The translations under genes were made by a program, and so were the position numbers. Shown here in pieces: positions 1 through 10,000 of a stretch of 64,000 nt of DNA (its first letter is position 1; every line of letters begins with the position of its first letter). Under the pieces are notes generated by a model. It searched no databases, was not told the DNA's origin, and saw only the letters and a list, made by a program, of their open reading frames with translations. The stretch lies in assembly GCA_001799715.1 (NCBI GenBank), contig MGTZ01000036.1, positions 54,226-118,225 on the forward strand, read 5' to 3'. Origin of the DNA: Elusimicrobia bacterium GWB2_63_16. Lineage in GTDB: Bacteria > Elusimicrobiota > Elusimicrobia > Elusimicrobiales > UBA9959.

Positions 1-63
1 TACGGCAAGCCGCCCCGGCCGCTGAAGAGCGCGCCGGCAGTGCCGGCCCCGCCCGCGGCCTAG
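1..63 (+). CDS. 3' end of an upstream gene (partial; Pro/Ala-rich tail)
   Basis: Open frame 1-63 (YGKPPRPLKSAPAVPAPPAA) ending in TAG at 61-63, followed by an AT-richer intergenic region. Confidence 0.35.
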   Translation, partial: YGKPPRPLKSAPAVPAPPAA

Positions 64-177
64 CGGCCGGTTATTTAAAAGATACCAACAAGGTATCATT
101 AGTAAAAGTCCGCTCGGGCTGCCTTTGCCCTGGCGGTCTGCCGGGGCAGCCCGGGGGCAGGCTGTGCAGGGGGGGGC

Positions 178-206
178 TTGAAATTCCGGGTTTCCTCTGC
201 TATAAC
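178..206 (+). promoter_or_regulatory. sigma70-type promoter
   Basis: TTGAAA (178-183), 17-nt spacer, TG-C-TATAAC extended -10 (201-206). Confidence 0.55.
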
Positions 207-289
207 ATTACCGTAAAGGCCTTGGAGATGGCTGCCGCCAGTCCCCGGACCTTGGTTTTTATTTATTGTCGGCCGCCGGAGGGGAAAAT

Positions 290-1558
290 ATGTCTTCCGC
301 TGAAGAAAACAAAGAAAACGAGCAGGAAGAGAGCGCTGAAACCGGCGCGGAAAAGAAGGAGCGCCGCTATTGGCCCGCGGCTCTGGGGCTGACGCTGCTG
401 CTGCTGGCCGGCGGCGGCTATTATGCCATGACCGGCATGCGCCAGACGGCCCATAAACTGGGCGGCGGGGCCGATTATGACCAGCTTTCGGCCAACAGCA
501 CCGTCTATGAGGGCGGCGCGCGCGAGTACAAGGATATAGATATTTTTGCCGGCGGGAGCGATACCGAGGCAGCTTCCGGCGAGGAGTCCCAGGCCGCGGC
601 CGGCAGGCTTAACCCCGCTTTGACCCGCAGCGGGAAGGAACTGGCGCGGGAGGCCGCTCTCTCGACCGCGGTACAGGACGGAATACAGCCTGAGGGCGAG
701 GAGGGCGCCGCGCCCGGTCAGGCGGCTGGCCAGCCCGGCCGCTCCGGAGAAGGCTCCATGTCCGACAAGCTCCGCTCCAAGGCGGGTTTCGGTTCTAAGG
801 CTTCGGACGCCAAGAAGCCCGGCACCGCTGTTACTGTAACTCCTTTCAGCGGCCGGGCGGCGGCCGCCCCGAAGATCTCGCAGCAGACCGACACTGCTGC
901 CGCAGGCCGGGCTAAGGCCGGCAAGGGCGGCGTGCTGGACGCCCTTAAGGGGACTTTCAGGGCCTCCTATTATGGGGCCCGCCTCTCGTCCAAGGACGCG
1001 GCCAGGGGCTGGATAGCCAGGACTTTCGACGCCACGCCCGAAGCCGACACGGCCATAGAATACGACCCCCGGATGCGCACCGAACTCGACAAGATAAACC
1101 CGGATTCCATTCCCAAGTTCCTGCGCGAGCAGGACGTCAGCGCGGCCGAGGCCAAGACCCTCGCCACCGCGGATGTCTCCAAGCCCAAACTGGACAAGGA
1201 CGGCACCTATGACGCCCTGAAAAAAGACAAGGATTACCAGCAGAAGAAGCTGGCCAGCGACTTCGCCGGCAGCATGCTCAACGGCGTGTTCGCGGGCATC
1301 TCTGGCACGGGCTCCGAGGATGACAGGGGGTTCACCGACCCCGATGACAGGGATGACATCACCTCCCTGGGCCTCGGGGAGTATCTGGCTTCCCAAGGCA
1401 ACGGCGAGGAATGCGGCTGCAGCGCCGCCGCGGCCTGCTGCTGCCTGCCTCAGGACTATTTCAACTCGCAGAACGACTGTCCCATGTACGGGCCTTTCCT
1501 GCCGGACGACCCCTGCGGCCAGTCCTTCGGCGGAGACGGGGCCGGTATTGTAAATTAA
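290..1558 (+). CDS. Single-pass membrane protein of unknown function with Cys-rich C-terminus
   Basis: ATG at 290 is preceded by GGAGG (278-282), so it is preferred over the track's TTG at 266. Acidic N-terminus, one TM segment (WPAALGLTLLLLAGGGYYAM), C-terminal CGC...CCC...C...C. Confidence 0.75.
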   Translation: MSSAEENKENEQEESAETGAEKKERRYWPAALGLTLLLLAGGGYYAMTGMRQTAHKLGGGADYDQLSANSTVYEGGAREYKDIDIFAGGSDTEAASGEESQAAAGRLNPALTRSGKELAREAALSTAVQDGIQPEGEEGAAPGQAAGQPGRSGEGSMSDKLRSKAGFGSKASDAKKPGTAVTVTPFSGRAAAAPKISQQTDTAAAGRAKAGKGGVLDALKGTFRASYYGARLSSKDAARGWIARTFDATPEADTAIEYDPRMRTELDKINPDSIPKFLREQDVSAAEAKTLATADVSKPKLDKDGTYDALKKDKDYQQKKLASDFAGSMLNGVFAGISGTGSEDDRGFTDPDDRDDITSLGLGEYLASQGNGEECGCSAAAACCCLPQDYFNSQNDCPMYGPFLPDDPCGQSFGGDGAGIVN

Positions 1559-1607
1559 CCCGTTCCGGCCGGGCCCGGGCCCGGCCGGCTGACCTTACGG
1601 AGCCTAC

Positions 1608-2723
1608 ATGAAAAAACTTCCGCTTCTCCTCCTTTGCGCCGCCGCCTGCTCTGGGAAACTGCCAGAGACCCAAGTACAGAACATCTTCGCCCGCCACAGT
1701 TTCGAGGCGCACGCCCCGGAGAAAATTTCTGCCGCCCTGAAGAAGGGGGGTGGCGCCGGTCTGGCCGAACTGGACCTGCGCGCCGCCGTGCTAAAGGACA
1801 AGCTGCCGCTGAAGGCCCGCCCCGCGGACAAGAACATCTCCTCCGGCCTGCTGCTGGGCGAGCGCGGCGGGCAGGTGGTCCTGCTGGCCGTCTTTCCAGG
1901 CTCTCCGGCCTGGGAGGCCGGTTTCAGGGAGGGCGACGCTGTGCTGGCTGTAAACGGCGCCGAGCCGTCCGCGGCGGCCGTGGGGAGCGCCATCGGCAAG
2001 AGTACCCGCTTTACGCTCAGGGCGCAGCGGCCGGGGCGGCCGGAGCCGCTGGAGGCCGAGGTGGAGCGCGGCGGCTTCTTTTTTCCTAAAGTCTTCTCAT
2101 TTTGCGACAGGGAAAGCCGCGCGGCTTTCCTGCGGCTGGGTCTTTTCTACGAGGGCTCGGCCGAGGCCGCGCTGGCCGCCCTCAAGGCGGCCGCAGACTG
2201 CGGGGCTGAGCGGTTGGTCATAGATCTCAGGGATAATCAGGGGGGGGTGCCGGCCGAGGCCGCCGGGGTACTGAAGGCTTTCGCCCCCGGACCGGGCCCC
2301 CTGCTGGAGCTGCGTTCCAGGCATGCCGAATACGCGGCCCTCTACGGGGCCGAAGCCAGGGGACGCCATGCCGGGCTCAGGCTCGCGGTCCTGACGAACG
2401 CCAGGACCTCCATGGCGGCCGAGGTTTTCGCGCTGGCCCTCAGGGAGAAAGCCGGCGCGGTGCTGGTGGGCGGCCGTACCGCCGGCAGCGTTTCGCTGAC
2501 CCGCGTCTTTGCGCTGGGCGACGGGCGCGGCCTGCGGCTGACGGTGGCCCGGCTGCTGCCTCCTTCCGGCGCGAATCTGGAGGGGGCCGGTGCCGCGCCT
2601 GATGCGGCGGCAGGAGAGGCCGACGGCGCGGTGTGGGACAATTCCCGCGAGGTCGCCCTGTTCGGCGACCCGGCCTGGCAGAAGGCGCTGGAGCTGCTGC
2701 GGCCCGGCGTCTCTCGTCGGTAG
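1608..2723 (+). CDS. S41 (CtpA/Prc-like) PDZ lipoprotein, probably catalytically inactive
   Basis: Lipobox-like LCAAAC; PDZ segment (VLLAVFPGSPAWEAGFREGDAVLAVNG); DLRDNQGG motif. The SASASE and GKG motifs are replaced by TSMAAE and AGSV. Confidence 0.85.
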   Translation: MKKLPLLLLCAAACSGKLPETQVQNIFARHSFEAHAPEKISAALKKGGGAGLAELDLRAAVLKDKLPLKARPADKNISSGLLLGERGGQVVLLAVFPGSPAWEAGFREGDAVLAVNGAEPSAAAVGSAIGKSTRFTLRAQRPGRPEPLEAEVERGGFFFPKVFSFCDRESRAAFLRLGLFYEGSAEAALAALKAAADCGAERLVIDLRDNQGGVPAEAAGVLKAFAPGPGPLLELRSRHAEYAALYGAEARGRHAGLRLAVLTNARTSMAAEVFALALREKAGAVLVGGRTAGSVSLTRVFALGDGRGLRLTVARLLPPSGANLEGAGAAPDAAAGEADGAVWDNSREVALFGDPAWQKALELLRPGVSRR

Positions 2724-2731
2724 ATTCATTG

Positions 2732-2782
2732 ATTGACATGTCAATGGGGCCCACTTGACAAATCGCCCATATCTGCTATAAT
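2732..2782 (+). promoter_or_regulatory. sigma70 promoter with upstream palindromic operator (copy 1)
   Basis: ATTGACATGTCAAT palindrome (2732-2745); TTGACA (2755-2760); 16-nt spacer; TG-C-TATAAT (2777-2782). Same layout at 42371-42421. Confidence 0.85.
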
Positions 2783-2793
2783 ATGATTGCAGC

Positions 2794-2961
2794 GCGGTGT
2801 GGTGCGGTCGTTGCTTGGTGTAGAGCAGTGCGGTTGCGGTGTCCCGCCCTTTTGGCTCGGTACGGTGCAGTAGCGGTGCGGTCGTTAGCAGTGCGGTAGC
2901 GGTCGCAGACAGACGCGGTGTAGCAAGCGGTGCAGCGGTGTGTGTCCCAAAAGGGCGGGAC
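2794..2961 (+). repeat. GCGGT/GCAGT pentamer-rich 5' leader closed by a 15-bp long-range stem
   Basis: 11 GCGGT and 3 GCAGT in 2794-2939; GTCCCGCCCTTTTGG (2841-2855) is the exact reverse complement of 2947-2961. Confidence 0.8.
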
Positions 2962-2977
2962 GTTTACTTAAGAAGTA

Positions 2978-3055
2978 TCCGATAATAGCAAAGCCGGCTA
3001 AAGCCGGCGGCGCAAAGCTGTGACCCGTTATGTTCACGGGGGTCAGGCTGCCGAA
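2978..3055 (+). ncRNA. c-di-GMP-I (GEMM-I) family riboswitch aptamer, A20 (c-AMP-GMP-type) variant, copy 1
   Basis: AAUAGCAAA - P2 GCCGGC/UAAA/GCCGGC - GGCGCAAAGC - P3 GACCC...GGGGUC - AGGCUGCCGAA matches the GEMM-I consensus layout. Confidence 0.88.
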
Positions 3056-3099
3056 GAAAGAACCGACCGGTTTCGTGCCGGCGTTGCGGAACGGATTTA

Positions 3100-3175
3100 G
3101 GCCGTTTCCGCTGTCTTCGGGGTATCAGCCCAGTACCGGGTTGAGGCGAAGAGAGCGGAAACGGTCCTTTTTTTT
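3100..3175 (+). terminator. Intrinsic terminator of the riboswitch expression platform
   Basis: GGCCGTTTCCGCT (3100-3112) pairs with AGCGGAAACGGTC (3154-3166), followed by T8 (3168-3175). A competing segment GCGGAACGG lies at 3086-3094. Confidence 0.75.
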
Positions 3176-3298
3176 GGTTCCGCGGCCTGGAGGAAGGATG
3201 TCTTCTACCGAGCGGGGGATCTGGTTTGTAAGGGCGTGCCAGAGGCGCCTTGTTCTCGCGCGCCCGGCCGGTGGCGCCCTGTCATGGCTTTTTAATGT

Positions 3299-3326
3299 TT
3301 GCGAAACAATTAATTTATATTATAAT
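3299..3326 (+). promoter_or_regulatory. Candidate second sigma70 promoter downstream of the terminator
   Basis: TTGCGA (3299-3304), 16 nt, TATAAT (3321-3326) in an AT-rich patch. Confidence 0.45.
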
Positions 3327-3395
3327 GGTTTAATATCCGTGCTTTGCCGGGAGAAAATTCTTCCCCGGCAAGGCCTGGCTGTATTTTGTTTGCCT

Positions 3396-4028
3396 ATGCC
3401 GAAACTGATTTTATTGATAATAATAGCGGCCTCTACCGCGGCTTTCGCCGCTGACGCGGCGGCGCAGGACCGCGGCGCCGCGGAAAGCGGCTTTGCCGAC
3501 AAGGATTTCCGCAACCGCAGGAAAGCCCTGGAAAGCCTCGGCGAAGTGAAAGAGCCGTGGAAGATGGACCTGCTGAAAAAGTCCCTCTCGGATGAGGACC
3601 CCGTTATCAGGGAAAAAGCCGCGCGGCTGATCGGCAAGTCCAAGGACAAGGCCGCCTACAAACTGCTCACCGATTCCCTCAAGTCTTCCGACAATGACAC
3701 GCGCCTGGGCGCGATAGACGGCCTGCGCGATCTTGGCGACAAGCGGGCCGCCGCGCCCTTGGCCGCCCTGCTCTCTCATCCGGACCGGAATACCCGCTGG
3801 AAGGCGGCCGAGGCGCTTGGCTCGCTCAAGTCGGACAATGGCGTGGCCGCCCTGCAGAAGGCCGCCGCGCAGGATAAGGACGAGTTCGTCAGGAAAGCCG
3901 CGGTGGAGAGCCTCGGCAAGATAGGTTCGCAGCGGGCCCGGACGGCGCTGAACGCGCTGCGCGCCGGGGCCGACAAGCGGCTGGCCGGCTGGGCCGGTAA
4001 CGTGCTGAAGGCGATGGGCGCCAAGTAA
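3396..4028 (+). CDS. Secreted HEAT-repeat (PBS-lyase-like) protein
   Basis: ATG 3396 gives a signal peptide (MPKLILLIIIAASTAAFA); repeats of type D-x-x-x-R-x-x-A-x-x-x-L-G. The track start at 3030 lies inside the riboswitch. Confidence 0.85.
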   Translation: MPKLILLIIIAASTAAFAADAAAQDRGAAESGFADKDFRNRRKALESLGEVKEPWKMDLLKKSLSDEDPVIREKAARLIGKSKDKAAYKLLTDSLKSSDNDTRLGAIDGLRDLGDKRAAAPLAALLSHPDRNTRWKAAEALGSLKSDNGVAALQKAAAQDKDEFVRKAAVESLGKIGSQRARTALNALRAGADKRLAGWAGNVLKAMGAK

Positions 4029-4032
4029 ATAT

Positions 4033-7000
4033 ATGAACGGGCACTGGACAAAAAAAGGAGCCGCGGGCCTCAGGGGCCTGGCCGCGCTGCTGCTTTTTGG
4101 CCTGCTGCCGGTACTTCTGCCTGTCCAATCCGGGGCTGCCGCCGACATAGAGCTGGGCGCCGGCGATACGGCGGTAGGCAACCAGCGCAAGGTCATTTTC
4201 GTTCCCGGGTGGGGTTACTGGGCTTTCTATACGGACGAGGCGGCCGAGCCGGTTTGGAGTTTCTCCGCCTCCGGCTCCGGCGGCACCTGGAGCGCCGCCG
4301 CCAACGTCTTCGCTGGTTCCGGCGCCGTGGACTATTCTGGCCAGCCCAGCGTCTGGTTCAATACCGTCTCAAGCTATGTTTTCGTCGCGGCAGGGCCTTC
4401 CTCCAGCGGCGAATTGAGCACCGCCGACCAAAAATTACATCTGCGCAAGGGCCAGCTCGGCTCTGACGGCTCCATCACCTGGCTGTCTTACAATAATCCC
4501 GACTACGACGAGGGGACCTTTAGCACTACCAGTGACGAGGATATGGTGAACCAGGCCGGCATATCGCCGGCTACCACCATCACGCAGAACCGCAATAACT
4601 ACACCTGGGCCGCCACCATAGGCGGCGAAGGCACCGCCGGCGGCAACGACGACTTTACCACGCTCATCGGCATGAGCAACAGCATCAATAATATCGACAT
4701 AGCCAACTCGCACCGCGAAGTGGGCGGCCTCGAGGACGACAGGATAGAGGCCATTTCCCTGGTCCTGCCGCATGGCGGGGCCAACGACCAGGTCTGGGTG
4801 TTCGCCCCGTCCGGCAACGGCACGGATGTTCTCCTTTATAGGGTGAACGAGACCTATACCGTGAGTTCGGTCGGTACGGTGTTCGCCAACCTGCTGACCG
4901 GCATGGACGATTCCAAGAACGTCTCGGCCGTGGTGGACTCGTCCGGCCGCATGCATATAATCGGCACCACCCCGGGCACCGGAGAGGTGCGCTATAACAG
5001 CTGCTCCTCGGCCAACGCGCTGAGCGGCGAAGCGGCGCTTACTGCCGGTTATACCGCTATGCAGGCCTCGGTAGGCATAGCCTATTACCCGGCCACTAGC
5101 CAGGCCAAGCTGATAGTGGTCTTCGAATCGCTGGGCAACCTGTACTTCATGGACAGCGCCCTGTTCACGCCGGGCAACACCCCGGGTTCCTGGAATGCCC
5201 CCGTCCTGTTCCGCTCCGGAGCCGCCAAGCCCTCGCTGGCCTACGAGGTGAGCACGCCCTACCCGATGCCGCTGATCTACACTGATTCTCTCGGCAAGGT
5301 GATCTTTACGCGCATTCCGATTTCCGCCAACCCCGACCCCACCGTCTCCTCCATAAGCCCGGTCACGGTGGGTATAGGCGCCGGCATAGAGGACGCCTCG
5401 GCGGATGCTACTTACGATATAGCCATAAATGGCTCCGGTTTCCTCAATAACCCGGCCCCCGGCATCACCTTCGAGCGCGACGGGGTGCCTGTGGACGGGG
5501 TTACGGTAACCAGCGTCACCTATGTCACGGCGGCCAGCCTCTCACTTCATTTTACGGTGGCCCAGAGCGTCTCGGCGGGCCCCATGGATCTGCGGGTGGC
5601 CAATTACGACGCGCGCGAGGCCTTTAAGACCGGCATCGCCACGGTGACCGTTCCGTCCTCCGACCTCAACTATCCCGTGGAGCCTATCGCTTATTCCAGC
5701 GGTATAGCCTCGATATCCGGCGTAGCCTCCTTTGCCCCTTCGGCCGGCCAGTCCGCCCTCGCGCCGCAGATCCGCGTCACCCGGAATTCGGACGGCTACC
5801 AGTGGAACGGCTCGGACGGCTATATCAACCCGGCAGTTTACGGCCAGCAGTGGTTCCCGGTTTCCAGCGGAGTGACCAGCTGGACGCATACCGGCTGGTA
5901 CAACAACGACAGCGGCCAGCCGACCGGGCAGACCTTCACCATAGAGTCCCGGGGCCGCACCTCGGACCGCGGTTACGGCAACCCTTCCAGCGCCGTGGTA
6001 TTGACCATAGACAAGACCGTCGCCGCCGGCAATTTCACCTTCCCGGCTCCCAACGCCAGTTATAGCGCCATTCCCTATATACAGGGCAACGCCGCCGACA
6101 CTGCCTCCGGTCTGAAATACGTGCAGATGCAGTTGCGCGACTCGGCGGATAATATCTTCGACGCCAACGACCAGTACTGGACCGGCTTCGACGGCACCGG
6201 CTTCGATTCGGCCGCCACCTGGTATTACATGGTGCGCATCGTGCCCCAGCCGAACACCATCACCAACTTCACCTGCGGCATCGAGTGCACGAACAAGGAC
6301 CTGACCTCCATAGTGAAGAACGTGCCGGACCTGCCCGCCGACCCGAAGCTCCCGGCCTGGACGGACGGCCGAAAGTACCGCATCACCCAGCGCCAGTACG
6401 ACATGTTCGACCAGGGCTCGCTTTCGAACAGCCGCGACTTCTATTACGACGTCACGAAACCCACGGTAACGCTGACCGTGCCCGAGCAGCTGATGTCCGA
6501 AGAGCCGATAGTCCTCGAATCGCCGTCCAATATCTGGCGCAACAATATGGCGCTGATGACCGGCGCTATAACCGACAATGTCGTGGACCCCGTTATCGGC
6601 AAGAGGCGCCTGAAGTATTGCGTCTACAAGCAGGGCGGCGATTCCAAGTTCGGCACCGCCTGTTCGGACCCCGCTCCCGTTTTCGCCAGCGTGGAATACG
6701 GCCCCGCCGTGGAGACCTACAACTACAGCGTCGACATTTCGACGGACTGGGCGGACGGCACCTGGTACCACCTGGCGGTCTACTCCGAGGACGCCGCGGG
6801 CAATTCCACCGGCACCGCCACCGCCCCGGCGATAGCCGGCTATTTCCTTTACGACGGCGGCGCGCCCACCAACCGGATCTCCTACCCCGTCAACGGCGGC
6901 AATTACGGCACCGCCTCGCTGGACAGGCTGCTGGGTACGGCCAACGACCCCATTTCCAGGGTCGGCAGCGTGGAGTACACGCTTTCCCACCCGCCGCTGG

Positions 7001-10000
7001 CCAAGTGGAGCAAGCCCCTCAAGGACTGGGTCGACCAGACCGGCAGCATCTGGAACGTGGCCGACACCACCACCACGGTCCCCTTCGAAGTCTGGCAGTC
7101 GTCGGAGACCCAGGAGAACAATAAGTGGCGCAGCGGCGAAGAATATACTTTTATCGTGAAGGCCCGGGATAAGGCCCTCAACTACTCGGCCGTCTATTCC
7201 ACGGTGACGTTCAGGTACGATGCCACCGCGCCCGACACGGTGGTGCTCAACCCGATCGAGAGCGCCACCTATGCCGATACCGCGCTGACCAATATCGCCG
7301 GCACGGCCAAGGATATGCCCGACACCACGCGGCAGACCGGCCTGAACATGACCTGCATCGGCGTGCAGCGCCAGTCCGACCTGAAGTGGTGGAACGGCAC
7401 GATCAACGGTTGGGAGGCGGCGCGCAACGATTCCTGCCAGTCGCCGGCCGCCGACTGGTCCCACCAGAGCATGGGCGGCTTCTGGACCGGAGTTCCTACC
7501 GCCGAGGAGTTCAAAGTGTATGCCTGGTCGAAGGACAACGTCGATCTGCCCGACGAGAGTTACCGGAACCTCGGCTCCTCTACCACGCTGAAGAAGTCCT
7601 TCAAGTACGAGGTGCAGCCGCCCACGTCCACGATACTCTCCCCGGCCAACGACGCCTGGTACAGCAACATGCCCGGCTACCAGTTAACCGCGGTGGTCGG
7701 CACCGCCGTGGACCTGCCGCTTGCCGGCCTGGCCTCGGGCGGCACCATCAGCGGCATGCAGGTGGAGGTGCGCGACGAAGTGCTGTTGACCTGCTGGAAC
7801 GGCACCGACTTTACCGGCACCTGCGGCAGCGCCGCCACCTGGAAGGACATGGCGCTGGTGGAGGGCAGCACTTACTCGTACAACACCTCCACGCTGTTCG
7901 CGGCCGCCGTAGAGGGGCGCCCCTACCGCACCCGCGTCCGCTCTATGGACAACGCGCTCGACAAGGACAACGCCGCCAAGCCCAACGTCGAAGCGCTCTT
8001 CACGCAGGGCCGCAACCAGAACACTTTCAGGCCCGACCGCACTCCCCCGGCGGCGCTGATCCAGGCGCCTTCTATTAAGGACGTCTACGTCTTCGATACG
8101 GTGTCCGGCACCGCGCAGGATTCCTACACCGCTATAAAGAAGGTCCACGTGGCCTACTTCGGCCTGACCGAACGCAAATGGTGGAATCCAGCCACGGCCG
8201 GCACTTTCGACCAGGGCGACGATGTCAACCCGCCCCCGGACAGCGTCTTCGTGGAAGCCTCCACCAACACGGCCACTCCGGTGCAGTGGTCCGTCAGCGG
8301 CACTAAGGTGCCCGTGCTGATAAACGGGCGCAGCTACCTGGTGTTCGCGCGCGCGATGGACGCTCTGGAGAATAAAACCGCCTTCCCCGGCTATACCGGT
8401 TTTACGGAGGCCCCGACGCTGTCGGCCCTCATAAAGATAAACAAGATAACGCCGCTGCCCGACACCACTATCACCACGCCGCCGCCCGGCATCCCGTACT
8501 ACAGGCCCACGGACCTCAGTGTGATCAACGGTACGCTGTCCGCGGCCAATACCGTGCAGGTGATGATCACCAACCTGAGCGTCACCCCCAACCAGGTCTG
8601 GACGCCCGGGGGCTGGATCTCCACGGTCACCTATCTCGCCGGCTGCACCGACGAGAGCTACGTGGTCGGCGCCTCCTCCTGCGGCTATTTCGGCGTGGAC
8701 AATGTGGGGCCGACCGACTGGTCCAAGAACATAGCCGGCATCTGGCCCGCCGGCACCAACAGGTTCAGCCTGAAATCCAGGGGCGCCGCGGACGAAAGCC
8801 TGGAGACCACGCCCTTCGCCGAGCGCTTCTTCTATGTCGACGGCGACGACCCGGACACCACCCTCCTCGAGCCCAGCGCCGAGTTCGAGCGCAGCCTGCC
8901 GTCCATCTTCGGCACGGCCTCCGACACCGGCGAGGGCAAGGTGTCCAAGGTGGAGGTCTCCATCTCCACCACGGCCGGCACCTATTACTGGGACGGCGAC
9001 AGCTGGGAGTCCGGAGAGATCTGGCTGACCGCGCTCGCCGACGACGCCGCTTTTGATTCGGGTTCCGAGGCGTGGCATCTGGACGCCTCGCTGCCGGTCT
9101 TCGAGAACAGCATGACCTACGAGGTGCAGGTCAAGGTGACGGACAAGGCGGGCAGGACCAAATTCTACCCCACGCCGTACCGCCAGTTCACTATAGACAC
9201 GGCCTCCCCTACGGCCAGGGTGCTCTACCCGACCGGGGCCACGGGGGTGAACAGCATCCCGGCCCTTTCCGGTACCGCTTACGACAACGGCCGCAACGAG
9301 AGCGTTCAGGTGGCCGTTCAGCAGTGGGGCAGCCCGCAGCTCTGGTACGACGGCGACGGGTTCGACCTGCTGCAGGACAACCCGCACTGGATGCCGGTCT
9401 CCGCCGCCAACGGCTTCCTGTCGCCGGACGCCACCAGCTGGATTTACGCGCCGGCCGACATGGACACCGACTTCTCCGGCGGCCTCAGGTACCTGCTGCT
9501 GTTCCGCTCCACCGACGTGGCCGGCAATCTGCAGGAAACGCTGGCCGTAAATATTTCATCGCGCGTGATCTACGTGGACAGGGCGCCCCCGGCCTCTTCC
9601 GTCTCGCTGCCTCTGGACTACGGCAACGGCGTCAGCGGCCGCTACAAGTCCGCCAATATCGGCAAGTCCGTCACTTCCTCGCGCTTTTACGGCTCGGCCT
9701 CCGATACTTTCTATTCCGCGAATAACGCCGGGGTTGAACTGACGCAGATAAAACTGTCCTACCTGGCGGCCGGGGATACCTGGTACTGGCTCGGCGCGTC
9801 CTTCAGCTCGGGCGCGGTAGCCGAGTCTTCGGCCTGGCTGAATACTTCCGGCGCCGGCAGCTGGATCTACGTCAACGACGTGATCTGGCCGGCCGGCGAC
9901 AGAGAGTACAAGCTGGAGGCCCGGTCCATGGACGCCACGCGCCCGGCCGGCGGCGGCGGGGCCGGCAACTGGGAGACCCTTTTCTCGGTAGGCGCCGACA

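Noticed and set aside
81-97. GATACC-N5-GGTATC palindrome upstream of the first promoter
   Set aside because: Single occurrence with 6-bp arms; could be chance
263-1396. 377-aa minus-strand ORF overlapping the first gene
   Set aside because: Antisense shadow of the SD-supported + strand CDS; no recognisable motifs
2794-2961. GCGGT array or intergenic repeats as a CRISPR array
   Set aside because: No constant 23-47-bp repeat with unique spacers and no cas genes
3030-3395. N-terminal extension of the HEAT ORF given by the ORF track
   Set aside because: Starts inside the riboswitch P3 loop and crosses the terminator; ATG 3396 gives a clean signal peptide
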